A stretch of DNA of 64,000 nt from a virus (IMGVR_UViG_3300032053_005343:1-64000); one strand, 5' to 3'; shown: positions 9,078 to 19,561, counted from the first letter of the stretch. A program made the numbers and translations. Notes: generated by a model from the letters alone, not told the origin.

Positions 9078-12000
9078 GTGGCTATAGGATTCAAAGGTAT
9101 CCTAGATTTTATAGGATATCCTGTCGGTACACCAAGTCTTTCAATAAATAATAATTTAAATTTATCTATATGTGGACACGATTCCATAATATATAATGAA
9201 TCAAAGTTGTACTTTGCGGACGATGCTTCTGATAGGATGTGGAGATCAAACCTTGATGGAACAAATATATTATTGATCGCTTCTGGTTCTCCCGTAATAG
9301 ATGATCCTTCGAGATCTATTAATGCCAATATATTTACAGATAAAATTTATTGGATTAATACGGACGATATACTACAAATTAGAAGAGCTAATATTGATGG
9401 TAGTAATTATGAGATTTTAGTATCTGGTTCCGATACATCTAATGGCGATGGATTAAAAATTATTCCATCCAAAAATTTAATGTATTGGACGGATACTTCG
9501 GATAATAAAGTTTCTAAATCAGATTTATTAGGAAATAATATAGCAGTAATATACGATTCTTCTGGAATTTATCAACCAGATGCAATAGATTATGATCCAA
9601 TAGAAGAAAAAATATATTGGACAAATACATTTTCATTTGGATCACTGTCTTATAATATAACAAGATTTAATTTAGACGGTAGTGATGTAGAAATTATATT
9701 ATCAAATCCAGAGTTTATTCCAGGTCTTTTTGATAGCGCTCCAGTAAGCATAGCGATAGATTATATTATAAGAAAAGTATATTGGGGACAAGAACCACTT
9801 GACACTTCTCTTCCGTGTATTTTTAGGGCAAATTTAGATGGAACAAATATTGAAACTATTATTCCAAGTGGTTTTCATTCTATTGAGTCGTTGTCAATAG
9901 ACTTTTTAAATAGAAAATTGTATTGGTCAGACAGAACAGTTGTGGGAAAAATTTTAAGATCTAATATGGATGGTTCTAATATAGAAACTTTATCAATTTC
10001 TCCCCCTCTTGGTAATGAAATAGTTCCATTAACTATATATCAAAGACCATACATGAATCTTTCTATAAACGGAAAAGATACGATAAATAATTCTTGTGAC
10101 TTATTTATTAAATTTGTAGAATCTATTGATAGTAACATTAATTTATTTATAAAAGGGAAAGATTCACAAAATCAAAACCTAGACTTATTCATAAATGGAT
10201 TTGATACAGAAACCCAAAATCTAGATTTGATTATTGTCGGAAATGAAATATCTACAAATGATATAGATCTTTTCGTTGACGGAAAAGTCTCGGATAATGA
10301 AAACCTAGATTTGTTTATTGGTGGGAAAGAAGCAGAATCCAATGATTTAGATTTATTTGTTCATGGGAAAGACAGCAAGACAAACAATTTAGATCTTATT
10401 GTTTCTGGCAGGAATACGCAAGATGAGAACATTGATTTAATAATAACTGGAAATGAATCTAAAAATAATAATATTGATTTATTTATACATGGGCAAAATA
10501 CAGTAAATGAAAATATTAATCTTTTTGTAGAAGGAAAAGAAACATCAACTAATTCATTAAATTTATTTATTTATGGGCGAGATACAAATACTGATAACCT
10601 TGATCTAATAATTACAGGATATGAATCCTCAAATAAATCTCTGGATCTATTTATACGCGGATTTGAGACAGAAACTCAAAACTTAGATTTGTTTATTATT
10701 GGTCATAACAATTTTAACAATAATATAAATTTATTTATTGATGGAAAAGATTCAGAAACCCGTGGCCTAGATCTCTTTATTCGCGGTAAAGATAATCAGA
10801 CTGAACAAATTGATCTATTCATCAAGGGATTGGAGACAAATAATCAAACCATAGATCTCTTCTTGTCTGGTAAAGATACAGAATCTCAAAATCTAGATTT
10901 ATTCATTAATGGCTTAGGCGTCAATAGCAATAATATTGATTTGTTTGTTCAGGGAAAAGAAACTCAATTTGATTCTTTAGATCTATTTATACAAGGGAAA
11001 GACAGCGAGACAAACAGTCTAGATCTTATTATTTCTGGCAAAAATACACAAAACGAGAGCATTGATTTAATAATAACTGGCAGCGAATCTAAAAATAATA
11101 ATTTGGATTTAATCATAATTGGTGAACAGGCAAATACAAGTGTATTAGATCTTTTCATCCACGGTTTTGATTTCGCCAATAATAACATTGATTTATTTAT
11201 AAATGGGAAAAATACCCAGTCTAATAATTTAAATCTTTTTATATCTGGGAAAGAAACACAAACCAATTCATTAGATTTATTTATATCGGGTAAAGATTCT
11301 TCAACAAATAATATTGATCTTTTCATTAACGGAAAAGCCTCGAATAACGAAAATCTAGAGTTATTTATACATGCCCATGATTTTGTTGATACTAACATAG
11401 ACTTGTTCATTGGTGGGAAAGAAGCAGAATCAAACGATTTGAATTTCTTCATTCGTGGCAAAAATACTCAAACTCAATCAATCAATTTATTTATACCGGG
11501 AGAGGATTCACAAAGCCAAAGTCTAGACCTATTTATAAAAGGTTTCGAAGCAAACAATAAAAATATAGATTTAATAATATTTGGTAAAAATATAGAGTCG
11601 CAGGAATTAAATTTATTCGTTCATGGAAATGAAACAAAGATAGCTAATACAGATCTCTTCTTGTCTGGCAAAGATTTTGTTGCGAATATTTTCGATCTTT
11701 TTATCAAAGGATTCGAGACAAACTCTGATAGTGTAGATTTATTTATATCCGGCAAAGATTCTGAAAATCCATTTTTAAATCTATTTATATCCGGTAAAGA
11801 TTCTAAAAATAATGACATAAATTTATTCATAAGTGGCAAAAATAATCAAAACAATAGTTGTAATTTATATATTTCGGGTAAAGACACAGAAAATAAAAAT
11901 TTAGATCTTGTTGTTTTTGGTTTTGAAATAAATTCTGAAAATATAGATCTTTCTATTCGTGGTAAAGATATACGAACCGAATCACTTGATTTATTTATTT

Positions 12001-13646
12001 ATGGAAAGGGTTCGTCAACAAACAATGTTGATCTTTTTATTATAGGCAATGGGACAAAAATTAACACCGTTGATTTATTCATTTCTGGAATATCAGAACA
12101 AATAATATTTAATTCGATAGATCTTGTTCTTGTTGGAAAAGATGCCGAGAATAATAGCATAGATTTATATATTGAAGGGCTTGACACAAAAAATCAGAGT
12201 TTAGATCTTTTCATAAATGGAAGTATTCAAACAGCTAATAACATAGATCTGTTTATAACGGGGAACAATAATAAACAGCAGAAATTGGATTTATTTATAC
12301 GCGGGAGTGAAACAAATACACAAGCATTAAATCTCTTTATCGAAGGCAAGGATACAAGAACTAATAATATCGAATTATTTATTAAAGGAAAAGATGCCGA
12401 ATTTAAACAAATAGATTTAACAATAACAGGGAAAGATAGCGAGACAGAATCAATAGATCTTTTCCTGTCCGGTAAAAATACAGAAAATCAAAATCTAGAC
12501 TTATTTATAGGTGGATTTAATACAAATACAAACAATTTAGATCTTTTTGTTCATGGCAAAAATGTTGTAAATAATAATTTAACATTATTTATTATAAACA
12601 TAAATTCATCATCTAATTCTATTGATCTGTTTATCTCTGGACCAATCTCTACAAATAATAATCTTAACCTATTTATACAAGGCAAAGATCAAAATAACAA
12701 TAATATTGAACTATTTATAAATGGTTCGAATGCTTCTAATGAAAACATTGATTTGTTTATAGACGGGTTCGATTCCCAGACAAACAATTTAGATTTAATA
12801 ATAATTGGTAAAGATACAAAGTCTCAGGAATTAAGTTTATTTGTTCGCGGGAGTGAAACAAATACCGAAACCATAGATCTTTTTCTGTCTGGCAAAGAAT
12901 CTATCACAGACATTGCCGACTTTTTTATAAAAGGATTCGATACAAATTCTAATGCTTTAAATTTATTTATCCACGGCTCCAATTTTGTTGATAATGATTT
13001 AACTCTATTCATTTCTGGTCCAATTTTAATAAATGGAAATATTGATTTATTCTTAAAGGTTTTAGAAGCAAGGCCATTAGATTTATTTATAGAAGGACGA
13101 GTACAACCACCAATTGTTTCGTGTCCAATATTAGACCCAGAAGCATCTATTCAAATAAGTGATGAATTAATAGGAATTTATCAGTCGAGAATTGATGCTC
13201 TTATTAATCAATTAGGAAAGAATGTTTTATTAGAATTTGATCCGATAATAGAACCTTGCACAAATTGTTTCCAAAATATAATAGAACATAGATCGAACGG
13301 CATTTACAAGCCTGGAGGACCGATTCCCTTCGACAGAGGCCAAAAGTGCCCATATTGTAAATCTATTGGTTTTCTTGAAAGATCGGTAAATAGGTGTATT
13401 AAATCGTTAGTGCAATGGAATGGGCGTGACAATGAAAGTTACAAGATTAGCGTTCAACATGGAGGCGGGATTGTCAGATTAAAGTCGTTTTTATCGGATG
13501 GACCTTATTTGATCAAAGCTAAAAGCTGTGTCACCAATTACGATACATCTAATATTTTTAAATTGAGGGTAAAAATAATAAAGGGACCAATTATTTTAGG
13601 GTTGCGAAATGAGAGATATTTGACAACTTACTGGAAAATGATTTAA
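9078..13646 (+). CDS. 1522-aa neck-anchored fibre/scaffold: YWTD-type beta-propeller + ~70 14-aa repeats + head-closure-like Zn-finger domain
   Basis: Blades LYFAD/IYWIN/MYWTD/IYWTN/VYWGQ/LYWSD with RANLDG-like motifs; LDLFIxG repeats; C-terminus paralogous to 5512..6102. Confidence 0.7.
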   Translation: MAIGFKGILDFIGYPVGTPSLSINNNLNLSICGHDSIIYNESKLYFADDASDRMWRSNLDGTNILLIASGSPVIDDPSRSINANIFTDKIYWINTDDILQIRRANIDGSNYEILVSGSDTSNGDGLKIIPSKNLMYWTDTSDNKVSKSDLLGNNIAVIYDSSGIYQPDAIDYDPIEEKIYWTNTFSFGSLSYNITRFNLDGSDVEIILSNPEFIPGLFDSAPVSIAIDYIIRKVYWGQEPLDTSLPCIFRANLDGTNIETIIPSGFHSIESLSIDFLNRKLYWSDRTVVGKILRSNMDGSNIETLSISPPLGNEIVPLTIYQRPYMNLSINGKDTINNSCDLFIKFVESIDSNINLFIKGKDSQNQNLDLFINGFDTETQNLDLIIVGNEISTNDIDLFVDGKVSDNENLDLFIGGKEAESNDLDLFVHGKDSKTNNLDLIVSGRNTQDENIDLIITGNESKNNNIDLFIHGQNTVNENINLFVEGKETSTNSLNLFIYGRDTNTDNLDLIITGYESSNKSLDLFIRGFETETQNLDLFIIGHNNFNNNINLFIDGKDSETRGLDLFIRGKDNQTEQIDLFIKGLETNNQTIDLFLSGKDTESQNLDLFINGLGVNSNNIDLFVQGKETQFDSLDLFIQGKDSETNSLDLIISGKNTQNESIDLIITGSESKNNNLDLIIIGEQANTSVLDLFIHGFDFANNNIDLFINGKNTQSNNLNLFISGKETQTNSLDLFISGKDSSTNNIDLFINGKASNNENLELFIHAHDFVDTNIDLFIGGKEAESNDLNFFIRGKNTQTQSINLFIPGEDSQSQSLDLFIKGFEANNKNIDLIIFGKNIESQELNLFVHGNETKIANTDLFLSGKDFVANIFDLFIKGFETNSDSVDLFISGKDSENPFLNLFISGKDSKNNDINLFISGKNNQNNSCNLYISGKDTENKNLDLVVFGFEINSENIDLSIRGKDIRTESLDLFIYGKGSSTNNVDLFIIGNGTKINTVDLFISGISEQIIFNSIDLVLVGKDAENNSIDLYIEGLDTKNQSLDLFINGSIQTANNIDLFITGNNNKQQKLDLFIRGSETNTQALNLFIEGKDTRTNNIELFIKGKDAEFKQIDLTITGKDSETESIDLFLSGKNTENQNLDLFIGGFNTNTNNLDLFVHGKNVVNNNLTLFIININSSSNSIDLFISGPISTNNNLNLFIQGKDQNNNNIELFINGSNASNENIDLFIDGFDSQTNNLDLIIIGKDTKSQELSLFVRGSETNTETIDLFLSGKESITDIADFFIKGFDTNSNALNLFIHGSNFVDNDLTLFISGPILINGNIDLFLKVLEARPLDLFIEGRVQPPIVSCPILDPEASIQISDELIGIYQSRIDALINQLGKNVLLEFDPIIEPCTNCFQNIIEHRSNGIYKPGGPIPFDRGQKCPYCKSIGFLERSVNRCIKSLVQWNGRDNESYKISVQHGGGIVRLKSFLSDGPYLIKAKSCVTNYDTSNIFKLRVKIIKGPIILGLRNERYLTTYWKMI
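10053..13100 (+). repeat. Coding tandem repeat, 42-nt/14-aa period, ~70 degenerate copies
   Basis: xx(L/I)(D/N)LF(I/V)xGxxxxx throughout; DNA core GATYTNTTYAT recurring about every 42 nt. Confidence 0.9.
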
Positions 13647-13649
13647 AAT

Positions 13650-14336
13650 ATGGCAATAATTAAAATAATTCCAGGAGCCGCATTTGACCAACAGTTGCGA
13701 ACTGGATGTCTCAAGTTCGGGAGCATCGCCTTGAACGATAGAGTTGCCTTGAATTTTAAATCAATTGCTAATAAGATAGGAGATTATTTGGTTGGCGTTT
13801 TTAACACAATAGAAGTTGTAAAATCTTTGAGAGGGCAGGGGGGGGTTGATTTGCCCGCCCACCTAGGATTAAGCGATTCTTCTGCGGAAGCATTGGTGTC
13901 AAGTATGTCTGAAATTATAAAAAATTCTGTAACAATAGGATCTCTTATCCAGGGAGATAAAAGAACGGTTACGATAAGAGCTATAGAAAGCGATTTTCAA
14001 AAATTTCTAGAACTGCCAGGAGCAAGCTACGTATCACAGCCTTCCAATATTACAATTCCGATTATGACGTGGTTAATGCTCGATCCATCCGTCGATATTG
14101 GCGCTGCGGCCTACCAAATCGTGTTTTCTGGGGACACCAACTTTCGTTCAAAAAATTCTAGGAGTGGAAGAGCGATTATGGTCAGTTTGAGTAAACTTGG
14201 AGGGTCCGCCGGGGGTGGATATATTTTGCCAGACATAATTTCTAAGACAGGAGGCCAAAATTTTATAGAAGGAACAATTGGGCAACATGGTGTAGCTCAG
14301 AAATGTGCTCAGATTGTTATTGATGAGATAAAATAA
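13650..14336 (+). CDS. Putative neck/tail-completion protein
   Basis: Lies between the head-closure-like gene and the putative terminator; SRSGRAIM motif; call rests mainly on synteny. Confidence 0.4.
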   Translation: MAIIKIIPGAAFDQQLRTGCLKFGSIALNDRVALNFKSIANKIGDYLVGVFNTIEVVKSLRGQGGVDLPAHLGLSDSSAEALVSSMSEIIKNSVTIGSLIQGDKRTVTIRAIESDFQKFLELPGASYVSQPSNITIPIMTWLMLDPSVDIGAAAYQIVFSGDTNFRSKNSRSGRAIMVSLSKLGGSAGGGYILPDIISKTGGQNFIEGTIGQHGVAQKCAQIVIDEIK

Positions 14337-14337
14337 A

Positions 14338-15246
14338 ATGAATAGGTTTATAGATTTAAGGGGGCAAAGATTTGGAAGGCTTTTGGTGCTGTTGTATGTT
14401 GGAAACACCATGCTGAGATCAGCCAAATGGCTTTGTAAATGCGACTGCGGTAATGAGAAAATAATTAATGGATACTCACTTAGAAATGGAGATACAAAAA
14501 GTTGCGGATGTTTGCAGAAAGAAAAACTTGTGCAAAGAACTAAGATTAATGCCAAATTTAGAAAAGGATGTTGGCAGAAAAAAGAAGATGATATTTTAAA
14601 ACAGTTTTATCCAGATAATGGTCCTGAATATTGTTTCAAATTATTAGACAGAACAAAAAAGGCGGTAATGGGCAGAGTAAGAAAACTTGATTTAAAAGTT
14701 AAATATGCTTTTAATACTGGTTTACCAAAAAAAATCATAATTAAAAAATTGTCGAACAATAGAGTTATTTCTAGATGTGAAACGCACGGAGAAACTGAGC
14801 ACTACTATTATAACAACAAAAAGATAGCGTCTTGTATGCAATGTAAACGTCTTAATAGTAACAAATGGAGAAAACTTCCAATTAATAATTTTGCAGAAAA
14901 TTTAAGATCTTTAATTAAACATGCTTTTAAAAAAATTCACAATAAAAATGGTAAACTTATACAGGGTCGTTGCTTTAAAAATCTTGATTATACTCCAATA
15001 CAACTATACAATTATCTTAACAATATTCAAAATTTACAAAATAATAAATGTCCATATTGTGATGTCTCTTATGATAAATGTAAAATAAGCATAGATCATG
15101 TAATCCCACTTTCAACAGCTAAAACAACACAAGAAGTTATAGATTTGTTTGATTTAAAAAATCTCAATCTTATGTGCAAAAATTGTAATTCACAAAAATG
15201 GAAACATGATTATAGTCTCTGGAGTAAAACTCATGTCATTAAATAA
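14338..15246 (+). CDS. HNH endonuclease; paralog of 6103..6969
   Basis: DLRGQRFGRL..WLCKCDCG..KSCGC; CPYC..DHVIPL..NLNLMCKNCNSQK. Confidence 0.85.
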   Translation: MNRFIDLRGQRFGRLLVLLYVGNTMLRSAKWLCKCDCGNEKIINGYSLRNGDTKSCGCLQKEKLVQRTKINAKFRKGCWQKKEDDILKQFYPDNGPEYCFKLLDRTKKAVMGRVRKLDLKVKYAFNTGLPKKIIIKKLSNNRVISRCETHGETEHYYYNNKKIASCMQCKRLNSNKWRKLPINNFAENLRSLIKHAFKKIHNKNGKLIQGRCFKNLDYTPIQLYNYLNNIQNLQNNKCPYCDVSYDKCKISIDHVIPLSTAKTTQEVIDLFDLKNLNLMCKNCNSQKWKHDYSLWSKTHVIK

Positions 15247-16165
15247 TTTCAAAAGTGTGGGGGTCGGAGGCTATGCAGGTTATGAACTAACCGATCAACT
15301 GCTTTATAATATTAAAGGGTTTTTAGACTGGGGACTACTTCAAAAGGGTGGTTATAATTTCTATCTATTAAACCAAGATAGTTTCTTTGCCGAAAATGAA
15401 TCTAAGCTTCGAGTTACCCAAGACGGAAGATACCCGCCAAATTGCATGTGGGAGGGAGTTGGAGAATGGGTTTGGGAATCTGGTGTAGTTCCAATGAGTG
15501 GGGGAGTTGCACCATTTCGTCCATCGGGAGTTTACATAAACGGGAATTTTATTCCATCCTCAAGCACTGGACCAAGTAGACATCATTTTGATTTTCCCAA
15601 CGGTCGAGTGATCTTCGAGGAGAGCCAAAATGCTGACGACGATATAAGGGCGGAATATACGAGCCGTAATGTTCGTGTTAGATTTTCTGATAGTGCCGAG
15701 TTTCAAAACCTAATGCTGGAATCAATTGAGGAATTCCTCTCTAACACAGTTCCATTAGCTACGCCCTCTAAATCAAATCAAGCTTGGCTTCCCTCTGTTT
15801 TTGTGGAGGTCCAGTCAGGTTCGGGGAAGGGTCTTATGTTAGGAGGAGGACAGACAAAATTTAGGACAATAGTTCTTCACATCTTCGCAGATTCTCCAGG
15901 AGAGAGAAATCTTTTAATGGATCTTCTAGATTATAATAATAGAACCGCATTCACTATGTTCGATCTCAATAAAATTCCATTTCCATTAGATGAATTTGGA
16001 TCACCGATTCCAGGGGCAACAAATTGGATTGACCTCATGGCCCAATATCCCTGGAGAAAGTTAAGAATTCAGGACGGAAGTTGTAAAACAATAAATTCTT
16101 TAAACACAAAACTATTTAGAGGCACAGTAACTTGGAGGTGCGAGATCGACATTGGTTCAATTTAA
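15233..16165 (+). CDS. Putative tail terminator (likely start MSLNNF at 15233)
   Basis: GGAG upstream; LPSVFVE...LGGG....IVLHIFA...ERNLL.D.L pattern of terminator-like proteins; upstream of the tail tube. Confidence 0.5.
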   Translation: MSLNNFKSVGVGGYAGYELTDQLLYNIKGFLDWGLLQKGGYNFYLLNQDSFFAENESKLRVTQDGRYPPNCMWEGVGEWVWESGVVPMSGGVAPFRPSGVYINGNFIPSSSTGPSRHHFDFPNGRVIFEESQNADDDIRAEYTSRNVRVRFSDSAEFQNLMLESIEEFLSNTVPLATPSKSNQAWLPSVFVEVQSGSGKGLMLGGGQTKFRTIVLHIFADSPGERNLLMDLLDYNNRTAFTMFDLNKIPFPLDEFGSPIPGATNWIDLMAQYPWRKLRIQDGSCKTINSLNTKLFRGTVTWRCEIDIGSI

Positions 16166-18315
16166 ATAAGTGATATAGAATATTTCTTCTTAGGTAAAAG
16201 ATTTATTTTTATTAATCCTCTTTCTTTAGCCAATTCTAATTCTGTTTTATCTATTCCCTTAATTCTTCTACAATATGATTTGTGCCTAAGTTGATTTGTG
16301 TTTGGGTCAAAATAACAATAACTGGATTTGGTTTTACCCTCTTTCTTCCAACCAGACATTCGATAAACTGCGCCATCATGTCCAACATTTGGATCGGCAT
16401 ATGATATTAATTGTTTAATATTTTTACAATTTTCTTTAATATAATCTACGCACATATTTAAAAATTTAATAGTAAACGGCCTGACAACATAGTATGGTAC
16501 GCATAGGCGAGTTAATTCCCAATAATCTTTTGGCATGTTTTTATTTGCTCCTCGTCCGAAAATAGCAATTCCCGCTATTATCCCATTAATTTGAGCGGTT
16601 AAAATTATTGTATGAGGAGGAATTGTTCCTAGATAATGTTCGTATCGAATAATCCTTTTAATTTCTTCTGTTATGTTTGATGTACATACTTTTGCGTCTT
16701 GCCCATTTAATTGTCCATCTTCATTAAAAGACAAATATTGTTCTTCTGTAAAATTAAAATTTTTCAGCGCGAAATCAGGAAAAGATTGCCATATTTTCCA
16801 ATAAGGATGACAATCCCTTGATGTTTTTTCTATAACTTTGTGTTCTTCTTCTGTTATAACCAAGCCATTATCAGTATCATAAAACCTAGAATCATTTGTT
16901 AGTGCTAGTGTGAATTTTTCATTTTCTAAACATTTATGTTTTGCCAAAGAGGAATTAAAAATATTTTTAAAAGGATAAACGTGATGACATTGAATATTTT
17001 CGTCGCACCCACTTATTTCACTAGCCCTATTAGAAAGAATAAAACATTTAATTTTCCATTCGAGATAGGGTGTAGAGGTTCTAATAACTTTATTAAACGG
17101 ACTTATTCCACCTTTCCATCCAGAACTATTTTCTCCATAAAATGGTCTTATTGTAATTCCATTATCTTTTAAAATATTTCCCGCGCCAACATCGGAACAA
17201 CCGACTATTCTTGCAGCTTCAGATATAAACAGTCCAGATTTATATAAATCAATTATTTTATTTTTATTATCTTCCGGGATAAAATCTCGTCTAATTATTA
17301 TATTGTTTTTATTAAGTATTTTTCTTATGGTTATATTAGAATAATTTAAAATTTTAGCTATTTCATTTATATGTTTGCCAGACTTATATAGTTCTATAAT
17401 TTGTTTAACATCAACCTTTTTAGAGGTACGAACACCAAGCCTATAAAGAATACTAGACACTTGTTTTATAGACATATTTAATTGATGAGAAATTTGTAAC
17501 GTATTTAAGGAATTATTTTTATATAGATTTAATATAATACTTCTTATTTCGCTGTCACGTTTTTTGTGATTGATAACTTCTATATTGTTTTTAATTAAGA
17601 ATGTTTTTATAGTGTCGCTTTTACAATTATAAATTTTACTTATATAATTTAAGGTTTTGCCTTCTTTGTAAAAAGATATAATACCCTCTTTATTTTTGTT
17701 CAAAAAATTTGGTATATCTAGATGTGTAGATATAAATTTTACGTGATATTTTCTTAAAATGTTTTTAATTTCTGTCCAAGAACATCCTATTTTTTTTGAT
17801 ATCTGAGAAATGTTCATTCCGTTGTTGTAAAGATCAACAATTTTACCATGTTTTTCGCTTCTTAAAGTTTTTCTTGATCTTAACCACCCATTTTTTCTAA
17901 GTTTTATATTATTTTCAATCAATAGTTTTCTAATTAAACCTCTTGATCTATTAACTATTTCTCCTATTTCTTTTGGAGATTTTCCTCCGTTGTATAACTT
18001 TAAAATTTGATTAAAATCTATATCTCTTTTTTCTTCAAATTTCTTTTGAATCTTTCTTTTATTTAAAATACAATACAGAGATCCTGGATCTTTTATTTGA
18101 TATTTAGTAAGTATATCTTTAATAATCATTCCATTTTTATAATCTTCTATAATTGAATTTTCTTTTTCTATTGTTTCTGGCTTAAATTTATTTCTTATAA
18201 TATTATTTTTATTTAATATTTTATAGATATACCATTTTTGTATCCCAAACTGCTTCTCCAGGGTGGAAATCGGTGTATTATTTTTATAGGACTCAATAAG
18301 CGCATTTTCATTCAT
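16162..18315 (-). CDS. Fusion of 8 tandem HTH repeats + degenerate HNH + Mom-like GNAT domain (likely start MNENAL at 18315)
   Basis: Repeats I..LY..G....I....(x)....I..IL..NNI; GENSSGWKGG; HHVYPF..DNG..H; HYLG...WELTRL...ISYADPNVGHDGAVY..SGW. Confidence 0.7.
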   Translation of the reverse strand: MNENALIESYKNNTPISTLEKQFGIQKWYIYKILNKNNIIRNKFKPETIEKENSIIEDYKNGMIIKDILTKYQIKDPGSLYCILNKRKIQKKFEEKRDIDFNQILKLYNGGKSPKEIGEIVNRSRGLIRKLLIENNIKLRKNGWLRSRKTLRSEKHGKIVDLYNNGMNISQISKKIGCSWTEIKNILRKYHVKFISTHLDIPNFLNKNKEGIISFYKEGKTLNYISKIYNCKSDTIKTFLIKNNIEVINHKKRDSEIRSIILNLYKNNSLNTLQISHQLNMSIKQVSSILYRLGVRTSKKVDVKQIIELYKSGKHINEIAKILNYSNITIRKILNKNNIIIRRDFIPEDNKNKIIDLYKSGLFISEAARIVGCSDVGAGNILKDNGITIRPFYGENSSGWKGGISPFNKVIRTSTPYLEWKIKCFILSNRASEISGCDENIQCHHVYPFKNIFNSSLAKHKCLENEKFTLALTNDSRFYDTDNGLVITEEEHKVIEKTSRDCHPYWKIWQSFPDFALKNFNFTEEQYLSFNEDGQLNGQDAKVCTSNITEEIKRIIRYEHYLGTIPPHTIILTAQINGIIAGIAIFGRGANKNMPKDYWELTRLCVPYYVVRPFTIKFLNMCVDYIKENCKNIKQLISYADPNVGHDGAVYRMSGWKKEGKTKSSYCYFDPNTNQLRHKSYCRRIKGIDKTELELAKERGLIKINLLPKKKYSISLI

Positions 18316-18333
18316 ACAATATATTATACGCAA

Positions 18334-19452
18334 TTAAAATGAAATTAAAGATCTATTTTGAATATATTGTGGTTTCCATTCGCAAATCCTTTTATAATTT
18401 TCGTATTTTCTATCAAGATAAATTTTTGAATTATCATATAAAAATTGAATAATTATCTTAGCTGGTGTACAGCCGTAGCTTATATGTGCAAAATTTTTAT
18501 TTAAATCTCTTTGTCTAATTTTTATTGTTTTTCCTATAAAACTCCTAAAATTTTCAACAATATCTAACGTTCCACAAAGACCAATAATAGGGTATCCCTT
18601 TTTATTAATACTAACCCATCCATCTCCGTCAACCATCCCTCTCCAAAAATGTAGATTTTTCTTTAATTGTTCTGGAACTTTTGCTGTTAAACTTTTACGT
18701 TCTGTTATTCCAAATTCTTCTAATTTATTTTGAATTTTTTTAGAATAGAACGCTATAAAAACATATTTATTATTTTTATATAATGGTTTTGTACAATTCA
18801 AGAATTTTTTTAATTTTTCTAGATGTTCCCAATCGGATTCTTGTAATCCAAAGTTGATAGAATTACTATTTCTATCCCCTTTATAAATATTTCCATCGGA
18901 TAAAGTGAACCCTATCCAATAAGCAGATTCTTCATTTATTTCATCGAATACATTTTCATTTAAATTGTATCCATATCTATCTCTTATCGCTTCAGAGTGA
19001 GTTTTAATTTCAATGTTATTTCTTTTAAGAAAATCTGTAATTGTTACATCGGCAACACCATATTTAAAACCCAGTTGTTTTGCAGATATACCATCCTTAT
19101 ATTCTAAAATAATATCATTGGCCGATTCACAATCTGGTTTCCAAATGTCGGATCTTGGCGTTCTATAATTTCTTAATTCAACATTATTTTCTAATAAAAA
19201 TTTTTCTATTCTTCCAGAACTTGATTTATATAATTTGGTAATATATTTAATACTTTTTCCCTCATTATATAAAGTGACAATCTTATTATCAAGGAAGGCT
19301 GGTGAGTTATTTTTCCTTGTTTCTATGTTTTTTGATTTTAATATTCTTGTTATAAGACCTTCCGAAACACTAAAATATCTTCCTATTGCCGAAGCCGATT
19401 CGCCATCAGCGTATCTTTGTAAGATTTCTGTATGATGTAATTTCGAAAACAT
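18334..19452 (-). CDS. LAGLIDADG homing endonuclease with 3 N-terminal HTH repeats
   Basis: AYWIGFTLSDG and HFWRGMVDGDG motifs; C-terminal YLDRK. Confidence 0.85.
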   Translation of the reverse strand: MFSKLHHTEILQRYADGESASAIGRYFSVSEGLITRILKSKNIETRKNNSPAFLDNKIVTLYNEGKSIKYITKLYKSSSGRIEKFLLENNVELRNYRTPRSDIWKPDCESANDIILEYKDGISAKQLGFKYGVADVTITDFLKRNNIEIKTHSEAIRDRYGYNLNENVFDEINEESAYWIGFTLSDGNIYKGDRNSNSINFGLQESDWEHLEKLKKFLNCTKPLYKNNKYVFIAFYSKKIQNKLEEFGITERKSLTAKVPEQLKKNLHFWRGMVDGDGWVSINKKGYPIIGLCGTLDIVENFRSFIGKTIKIRQRDLNKNFAHISYGCTPAKIIIQFLYDNSKIYLDRKYENYKRICEWKPQYIQNRSLISF

Positions 19453-19495
19453 ATATTATTATACTAATTTGACGAATAAAATTTTTTTAAAAAAA

Positions 19496-19520
19496 TGTGT
19501 ATAAAAGATAAGTAGGACAG
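19496..19520 (+). promoter_or_regulatory. Candidate late promoter upstream of the tail tube gene
   Basis: TGTGTATAAAAGATAAG, then GAGG RBS at ~19549. Confidence 0.5.
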
Positions 19521-19561
19521 AATTGGAAAAATAGTGTTTAATTAAAGCGAGGTTTTAAAAA

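Noticed and set aside
10964-13012. Minus-strand ORFs opposite the repeat protein, and similar shadow ORFs opposite other long genes
   Set aside because: Antisense shadows of codon-biased genes with no RBS or motifs
10053-13100. CRISPR array
   Set aside because: The 42-nt periodicity is degenerate, in frame and protein-coding; there are no identical repeats with unique spacers and no cas genes
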